64,000 nucleotides of DNA from Dehalococcoidia bacterium (GTDB taxonomy: Bacteria > Chloroflexota > Dehalococcoidia > Lucifugimonadales > UBA3495), in contig OZ247426.1 of assembly GCA_965232835.1 (NCBI GenBank), forward strand, positions 1,628,974-1,692,973, in the 5' to 3' direction. Position 1 is the first letter of the stretch. The number at the start of each line of letters is the position of its first letter. A program made the position numbers and the translations under genes. Below, one piece after another: positions 57,967-64,000 of this stretch. The notes under the pieces are model-generated. The model searched no databases, was not told where the DNA came from, and saw nothing but the letters and a program-made list of their open reading frames with translations.

Positions 57967-58284
57967 ATGGCCAGAAAAATCCCAGTGAAATGCGCCATTG
58001 CCGGCTGCCACCGCCGGCTGAAGATGACCCTCGCTGAACGCGAGGATCTGAGGCGGGTGGGACGCGAGCACAACGCCACGGCGGGCCTCGTCTGCCCCGC
58101 GGACGTCCGGGCCGCCTTCAACTTCGAATTCGACGATATCGACATCGATGTCCCGCTGGGTGAACTCCTGGTCGAGGCGTCCAAGGACACTCCCCGGTGG
58201 CGCGTGATGTTGACCCCGCTGCCCGGAGCGGTGGGTGGAACGGACAGCCAGCCCACCTCAGGGTGCGGAGAAAGGGTCATTTAG
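57967..58284 (+). CDS. small conserved Cys-containing protein of unknown function (copy 2)
   Basis: MARKIPVKCAIAGCHRRLKMTLAEREDLRRVGREHNATAGLVCPADVRAAFNFEFDDIDIDV...RWRVMLTPLP. It lies inside track ORF 57793..58284. Confidence 0.6.
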   Translation: MARKIPVKCAIAGCHRRLKMTLAEREDLRRVGREHNATAGLVCPADVRAAFNFEFDDIDIDVPLGELLVEASKDTPRWRVMLTPLPGAVGGTDSQPTSGCGERVI

Positions 58285-59367
58285 TTCATCCGCTGGCGTA
58301 GTTCCCGGGGAGATTCCGGCGTGTTCCGGAGAGGTCCGGAGGATGCCCATCTTCCCCCTCCCAGTGCCGGGGCCGTGTTCACGCTCCTCGAGTTGCCCAT
58401 GGCAGCTGCCAAGGGAGGACACCGACCTCATCAAAGAGGAGATCCGATCGTTGCGGCCAGTCCACCGCGGCGATGCTGCCCCGGTCAGGACGGTACGTGG
58501 CGATTCGCACAAGGCCCATGATGGTTTCTGTCGGGATTTTGGGGCACGACTCCATAGTAGTTCCTGAGCTCGTTATGGTCATAGACGAGGCTAGGACAGA
58601 CCTATACACAAGACGGGCTGTCTGGGTGTCCGCCCCGCAATATTTGGGCGCGTCGCAGTTCAATCGCGTCTTGTAACAGGTCGGAGCCATATCGCTCCAG
58701 AATATCGATGTCCCTGCGTAGAATCGGGTCGGACACCTTGACTTTATTCTCCGCCTGACGCAACTCCATTAGGTCGCTGCCTCCGGCACGGCGGGTATTT
58801 CCTGCGCCGAATAGCCACCAGAACGCTAATACAAAGGCTACTACGACAACTAATCCCAAAAGATACAGCATCGTGCTTAACTCCCATCGGCTCATTCCCA
58901 TCATACGGGCGTTTTTGTGCCGGTCCCAAGAGACCAGCCGGCCAACTTCGGCGAACTGCTCAAAACCTGTCCCAAGAATACTCGATGCAAAAAAACACCA
59001 TCGGGGATTTTCGGAGCAGGTGTGGCCCCGGTCCTGGTAAAGCAACACTGGCTGTTTCGTTTACGGAATTCGGACGCGTGAGTTAACGCAGCGATCCCGG
59101 CAACAGGGAACAGCGCAAGGGCCGTTGGAACCTCTCCTCATTGTCGTATCCGCGGGGCACTTCCACTCACTCCTATCTATTCCTTAACACCAGTTCGGCA
59201 TATTGAGCCACATCCTACCGCGTGAATCATGCGTCCATTTACGAAAAACTGGTGGCGGCCACACAAACCGGCAGGTTGAACGGTGGCACGTTCGTCTGGC
59301 GTCATTCAAATGAACGAGACCTTGTGGTAAATTCAGCTACTCCCACTGGCTCGCAGGAGTGCAAGTG

Positions 59368-60762
59368 ATGAATGTCATCTGGATTGTTGCGGACACCTTT
59401 CGTCGTGACCACCTGGGGGCTTACGGCAACAGCACCATCCGCACATCGTCCCTGGACGCCCTGGCGGCGAGCGCAGTGAGGTTCGACAACCACTACTCGG
59501 CCGGGTTCCCGACCATGCCAACCCGGGCAGACCACCAGACCGGGCGCTGGACCATGTCGTTCATGGGCTGGGAACCACTGCCTGCCGGCGTCACCACCCT
59601 GGCCGAGATACTGGCCGGACACGGCATGCACACGGCTGCCTCAGTGGACACCCCCTACTACCTTCGGGGCGGCATGAACTACGACCGTGGCTTCCAGTCC
59701 TTTTTCATGAACACGGGGCAGGACACCCTCTGGTCGCTGGTTCCAGAACCCGGCTACCACAACGAGGCCCTGGACGTCCGGGCCGCCTGGCGCAGCGAGG
59801 CAGACAGGAACGCTCCCAAGACCTTCATGTCGGCCATGCGCTGGCTGGAACAGCATTACAAGGAGGACTTCTTCCTCTACGTGGACACCTGGGACCCCCA
59901 CGAACCCTGGGATGCGCCGGCCTACTACACCGAGCTCTACTGGCCGGGGTACGACGGCGAGTTGGTGCTGCCGGTCTACGGCAACTGGCACGACGTGCCC
60001 GGATATCGAGAGGAGCAGCTCAGGAAGGGACACGCCACCTACTGCGGCGAGATCACCATGGTCGACACCTGGGCCGGGTTCCTGCTGAGAATGGTGGAGA
60101 ATATGGGTCTGGCCGAAAATACCGTCGTCATATTCACCACCGACCACGGCTTCTACTTCGGGGAACACGGCGGCCTGTTCGGGAAGATGAGTTCCGACAA
60201 GTACCCCGACGGAACCCTGCGCCCCTACGACGAGCCCGGCTCGCAGTGGAGCTACTCTCCGCTCTACGAGGAAATAGTCCACCTGCCCCTGATGATACGT
60301 GCGCCCGGCGTCCCTCCGGGCAACTACACCGGCATGAGTTCCGCCGTGGACGTGATGCCCACGGTGCTGGACCTGCTGGGACTGGACATCCCCGGCTTCG
60401 TGCAGGGACGCTCGCTGGCTCCGGCGCTCCGCGACCCCATGACGCAGGGACGTGACTTCGTGGTCAGCAGCCTGCCGTTCGCCAACGTTGGCGACCCAGT
60501 GCACTCCGTGGACAACCTGCTGCGGGTCCTGACGGAGCCGCCCGTCACTACGGTGACATCCGGAAGCTGGAGCCTGCTGTACAGCCCCCTGCCAGGGGTA
60601 TCCACGCTCTACAACCTCACGGACGACCCCACGCAGTCGGACAACGTCATAGAGCGCAACGTGGACGTGGCCACCGAACTGCACCGGAAGCTGGTCCGCT
60701 TTATGCGCGAGACCGACGTACCGGAACGCCTCCTCAACCCCCGGCTGGAACTGCGGATGTAA
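59368..60762 (+). CDS. sulfatase-like alkaline-phosphatase-superfamily hydrolase with Thr at the nucleophile position
   Basis: MNVIWIVADTFRRDHLG...YSAGFPTMPTRADHQTGRW aligns with the C/S-x-P-x-R sulfatase signature but reads T-M-P-T-R. ...IFTTDHGFYFGEHG. The ATG at 59368 follows AGGAG. Confidence 0.75.
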   Translation: MNVIWIVADTFRRDHLGAYGNSTIRTSSLDALAASAVRFDNHYSAGFPTMPTRADHQTGRWTMSFMGWEPLPAGVTTLAEILAGHGMHTAASVDTPYYLRGGMNYDRGFQSFFMNTGQDTLWSLVPEPGYHNEALDVRAAWRSEADRNAPKTFMSAMRWLEQHYKEDFFLYVDTWDPHEPWDAPAYYTELYWPGYDGELVLPVYGNWHDVPGYREEQLRKGHATYCGEITMVDTWAGFLLRMVENMGLAENTVVIFTTDHGFYFGEHGGLFGKMSSDKYPDGTLRPYDEPGSQWSYSPLYEEIVHLPLMIRAPGVPPGNYTGMSSAVDVMPTVLDLLGLDIPGFVQGRSLAPALRDPMTQGRDFVVSSLPFANVGDPVHSVDNLLRVLTEPPVTTVTSGSWSLLYSPLPGVSTLYNLTDDPTQSDNVIERNVDVATELHRKLVRFMRETDVPERLLNPRLELRM

Positions 60763-60873
60763 CTCCCTTCACATATTGCTCTCCGTGGGAACCCTGGGTA
60801 GGTCCACAAACAGTCTTGCATGGTGTGATATAAGGCCTGTGAGAATGGTTTGTGACGAGGGGGCAGCCAGCGA

Positions 60874-61581
60874 TTGTTGCTCGAAGGCAATGTGGCACTC
60901 ATCACCGGCGCGGGCCGCGGCATAGGGCGGGCCATTGCCCTGTGCTTCGCCCGTGAAGGCGCCAGAACCGTCCTGACCGGACGGGACATGGACCGTCTGC
61001 AGCGGGTGGCGCAGGAGATAAGGGCTGCTGGGGGTGAGGCTGCAGCCTTCCACTTGGACGTGACCCGAGACGATGAAGCAACCCGCGTAGTGGATGAGGT
61101 CGTCGCGACCTGGGGGCGGATAGACGTGCTGGTCAACAACGCCGGGGTGATCACCTACGACACACCGCTGTGGGCGACCACCCTGGACCAGTGGGATGAG
61201 GTGATGAACACCAATCTGCGGGGAATGCACCTGGTCAGCCGGGCCGTGGTTCCCCACATGATGCAGAGAGAACGCGGCGTCATAATCAACATAGGGTCGT
61301 CCTCCGGCCGTCGGCCCGACAGCGAATACGGCGCCTACGCCACATCGAAATGGGGCGTCGTGGGATACACGGTTTCCCTCGCCGATTCGCTCCGCCCCCA
61401 CGGAATCAGGGTTAACGGCATCAATCCCGACTGGGTGCATACCGATATGGCACGGGCTTACAATCCCTCCGGAGATGCGGACTGGATTTCTCCGAAAGAG
61501 GTGGCCCAAGCCCCGCTGTACCTGGCGACACATGAGCCCGGCGCGATGACCGGGCAGTTCATCGACCTTTTCGGCAACTGA
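60874..61581 (+). CDS. short-chain dehydrogenase/reductase (SDR)
   Basis: VALITGAGRGIGRAIA (TGxxxGxG), NNAG, and YATSKWGV (YxxxK). TTG start. Confidence 0.85.
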   Translation: MLLEGNVALITGAGRGIGRAIALCFAREGARTVLTGRDMDRLQRVAQEIRAAGGEAAAFHLDVTRDDEATRVVDEVVATWGRIDVLVNNAGVITYDTPLWATTLDQWDEVMNTNLRGMHLVSRAVVPHMMQRERGVIINIGSSSGRRPDSEYGAYATSKWGVVGYTVSLADSLRPHGIRVNGINPDWVHTDMARAYNPSGDADWISPKEVAQAPLYLATHEPGAMTGQFIDLFGN

Positions 61582-61611
61582 TTCTTGATCCTTAATTGTG
61601 GCGGTCCAGCG

Positions 61612-62304
61612 ATGAGCACAGCCCCTGATTATTCCGAGTCCTTTTACCGGCGGCACGCGCAGCGCTATGCCGAGGTGAGCCACAATTTTATCCAGTCGGT
61701 CTATACCGATATGTCCCATCCCATGCTCAGGGGCGACAGGGACCTCATGGACCGCGTCCTCGAGCTTGTCCCGCCGGGCTCCCGGGGGCTTGACGCAGGC
61801 TGTGGCGCAGGGGCACGGGATGTGTACTTCTACTGGCAGAACGGATACGACATATACGGTGTCGACGCAGTGGAGGAGAACATCCTGGAGGCCCGCAGGC
61901 TCCACCCCGAGATTGCTGACAGAGTGGAGGTGGCTGACTTGCGCGAGGCGCTCAATCACCCCGAAGGCTCTTTCGACTTCGTCCTGTGCAATGCCGTGAT
62001 CCAGCATATCGAACCGGAAGTCACGCTGGGAACGACAGTGCCAGAGCTGGCCAGGGTACTGAAGGCCGACGGCATTCTGCAGCTCATGTTCAAGTATGGG
62101 GACGGGGTCGCAACGGTGTACGACAGGGACTACGGCGCGGACCGGACCTTCCAGCTATATGCGGTTGACGAGGTGCTGGCCGTGCTGGCGGAAGAAGGAT
62201 TCAGGGTGGTCCCCGAGGAAAGCGGGAAACTCGGAGGGATCATGTACTTCAAAGACCCCAAGCCCATGGACCACTGTGTTTTCTTCGCCCGAAAAAACTC
62301 ATAA
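61612..62304 (+). CDS. class I SAM-dependent methyltransferase
   Basis: GLDAGCGAGARDVYF (motif I), FDFVLCNAVIQHI (motif II/III region). The ATG at 61612 lies within track ORF 61585..62304. Confidence 0.75.
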   Translation: MSTAPDYSESFYRRHAQRYAEVSHNFIQSVYTDMSHPMLRGDRDLMDRVLELVPPGSRGLDAGCGAGARDVYFYWQNGYDIYGVDAVEENILEARRLHPEIADRVEVADLREALNHPEGSFDFVLCNAVIQHIEPEVTLGTTVPELARVLKADGILQLMFKYGDGVATVYDRDYGADRTFQLYAVDEVLAVLAEEGFRVVPEESGKLGGIMYFKDPKPMDHCVFFARKNS

Positions 62305-62352
62305 GCGCGCAGGTCCCCTGCCAGGGCCGGTCAAGCGGCTTTCCGAATTGAT

Positions 62353-63450
62353 ATGAGCGGACTGACAGTTCCCGAAAGCCTTTCAGATATCACGTCGTGC
62401 TGGTTGACCCAAGCCCTCAACGCCGGCCGGAGTTCCGTAGGCACGTCCATAACCGGCTACTCGGCCGAACCCCTCGCCGATGGCAAGGGATTCATGAACC
62501 AGCTGTTCCGCCTGAGGCTGCAATTCGACTCCGGTACCGCAGATCGACCCGATACGGTCATAGCCAAGCTCCCTTCAGCCGACCCTCTGCTCAGGACGGT
62601 CTTTGACAGGCTGGGACAGAACCGACGCGAGGTCGGGTTTTACCGGAATCTGGCAGACAGCCCCCACATGCCGGTCCCTCGCGTTTATCACAGCGCAATG
62701 GACCCAGGCACCGGTAACTCGGTCCTGCTGCTGGAAGACCTGGGCTCCCTGAGGCAAGGCGACAGCGTCGCCGGCTGCACCCTGGACGAGGCCCGCCTCT
62801 GCATCGGACAACTGGCCAGGTTCCACGCATCCTGGTGGAACAGCCCGCTCCTGGACCGCCTGGACTGGTTGCCGCTGAGGGAGGACGATGCTGACGCCCA
62901 TGAGCAGATATTCCCCGGCGCCTGGGCTGCCCTTGTCGAAAAGGCCGGCGAGGGAATGCCTCCCGGCCTGCGCGTTCTGGGCGATCATCTGATCTCCGAC
63001 ATGCGCAGGATCAAGACCCGTCTGTCGCGCCCTCCCCTGACGGTCGTTCATGGAGATTACCGGCTGGACAATTGTTTCTTCTCCGAGGGTGCCTCCTCTC
63101 AGCAGGCGGTTGTCATCGACTGGGAATTCTGCACGAAGGGCCGTGGCGCCTACGATGTGGCGACCTTCGTCAACGAGGCATTCTGCGCGGAACGCCGAAG
63201 GGAGGTGGAGCTGGGCCTCCTGAGGGGGTATCACTCCACCCTGGAGGAAAGCGGTGTCCTGGGCTACACGTTCGAAGAGTGCCTGTACGACTACCGGCTT
63301 TCCATGCTGGAAGTGTTCGTGTTCTGGATAATCACGGGAGGCCACTCTAATTACGAAGGCGAGCGGGCCGCCGTATACCTGCGAAACACCCTGTATCGAC
63401 TCAACACCGCGATATTCGACCTGGCCTCTGCCAAAGCGGCTTATCCGTAA
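62353..63450 (+). CDS. phosphotransferase/kinase of the aminoglycoside-phosphotransferase (APH/EcKinase-like) fold
   Basis: LTVVHGDYRLDNCFF (catalytic HGDxxxxN loop), VIDWEFCTKGRGAYDV (DxE/D metal-binding region). Confidence 0.75.
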   Translation: MSGLTVPESLSDITSCWLTQALNAGRSSVGTSITGYSAEPLADGKGFMNQLFRLRLQFDSGTADRPDTVIAKLPSADPLLRTVFDRLGQNRREVGFYRNLADSPHMPVPRVYHSAMDPGTGNSVLLLEDLGSLRQGDSVAGCTLDEARLCIGQLARFHASWWNSPLLDRLDWLPLREDDADAHEQIFPGAWAALVEKAGEGMPPGLRVLGDHLISDMRRIKTRLSRPPLTVVHGDYRLDNCFFSEGASSQQAVVIDWEFCTKGRGAYDVATFVNEAFCAERRREVELGLLRGYHSTLEESGVLGYTFEECLYDYRLSMLEVFVFWIITGGHSNYEGERAAVYLRNTLYRLNTAIFDLASAKAAYP

Positions 63451-63726
63451 TGAAACGAAATCCTCGCACGGGACGGAGGCGGGCGACCGGACGTGAATAC
63501 CACTACCGGCCTCCTGTCATCATTACCAGGGGAGGTTCGGGCAGCACAATCAGCACACAGAGGAGCTGAAGACAGCCAGACCAAGCCTTGAGATTACCCT
63601 CTGGGTCGCCCCGCAGCGATGATTCGATCTCCTGGGGAATCATGATGCTAGTCTGCATGAATGCCACCCGCCAACTGGAATGGGCGAGATTATAAATTCT
63701 ACCGCGGTCCGGTGGACCATGGCGGG

Positions 63727-64000
63727 CTAATGTTCCGGGACCGGTGAATAGGCACCATTTCCGCGAAGCGTCTCTTCAATCACACCAGGGTATCTCCATA
63801 GGCGCCGCCTTTTGCTCATGGCGAGGTGCCTGCGGTGGATCGGCTCAATACCGTAGGCACCTGTCCCGCCGCACGTGGCCCGGCCAATTCCGCCCTCTGG
63901 CCACAATGCCAAAGCGTACACGTCGGTGCCGCGTGCGTGCCTGGCTCCGGCAGTTGTAGCCGAGTCTCCCGGAGCCAGCATGACCATGTCGCTTGAGCGG
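63727..64000 (-). CDS. C-terminal part of an unidentified gene that starts beyond the right edge
   Basis: The frame is open from the window edge to the stop at 63727. No family assigned with confidence. Confidence 0.25.
   Translation of the reverse strand, partial: RSSDMVMLAPGDSATTAGARHARGTDVYALALWPEGGIGRATCGGTGAYGIEPIHRRHLAMSKRRRLWRYPGVIEETLRGNGAYSPVPEH

Overview
GC-rich bacterial accessory DNA. The taxon cannot be determined from the sequence alone, and I found no rRNA, no tRNA and no bona fide CRISPR array. The window falls into five blocks.

(1) 1-17.2 kb is a defence island, mostly on the minus strand. It holds a type I-G/I-U-like cas operon: a small ORF, then csb1/cas7, csb2/cas5-6, cas3 with a C-terminal HD domain, and a csx17-like ORF that runs off the left edge. 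Next come a decayed IS5, then a translationally coupled three-gene operon (DUF6361-like protein, double-HKD PLD nuclease, SNF2-like helicase of about 1060 aa), an IS630 remnant and a Uma2 nuclease.

(2) 17.2-35.1 kb is a repeat-rich composite integrative element. It carries a large serine recombinase with an RHH partner at its right end. It also carries two intact and one decayed replication-relaxation-type genes, duplicated small basic ORFs with palindromic operators, an excisionase-like HTH, an inserted IS110, and about 1.5 kb of non-coding DNA full of repeats.

(3) 35.1-37.5 kb is housekeeping-like: a flavin/deazaflavin oxidoreductase family gene, an LLM oxidoreductase and a HAD-IIA hydrolase.

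(4) 37.6-58.3 kb is a surface-protein and decay island bracketed by inverted paralogs of a small Cys-containing protein. Inside are an RCC1-repeat lipoprotein gene killed by an IS1182 insertion plus a nonsense codon, a GIY-YIG (T5orf172) gene in a cassette-like array, a 2300-aa FN3/Ig-repeat secreted protein, lipoproteins and helicase remnants.

(5) 59.3-63.5 kb is a four-gene enzyme cluster: sulfatase-like, SDR, methyltransferase and kinase.

Many long ORFs in the track are antisense shadow ORFs typical of high-GC DNA, and I ignored them.
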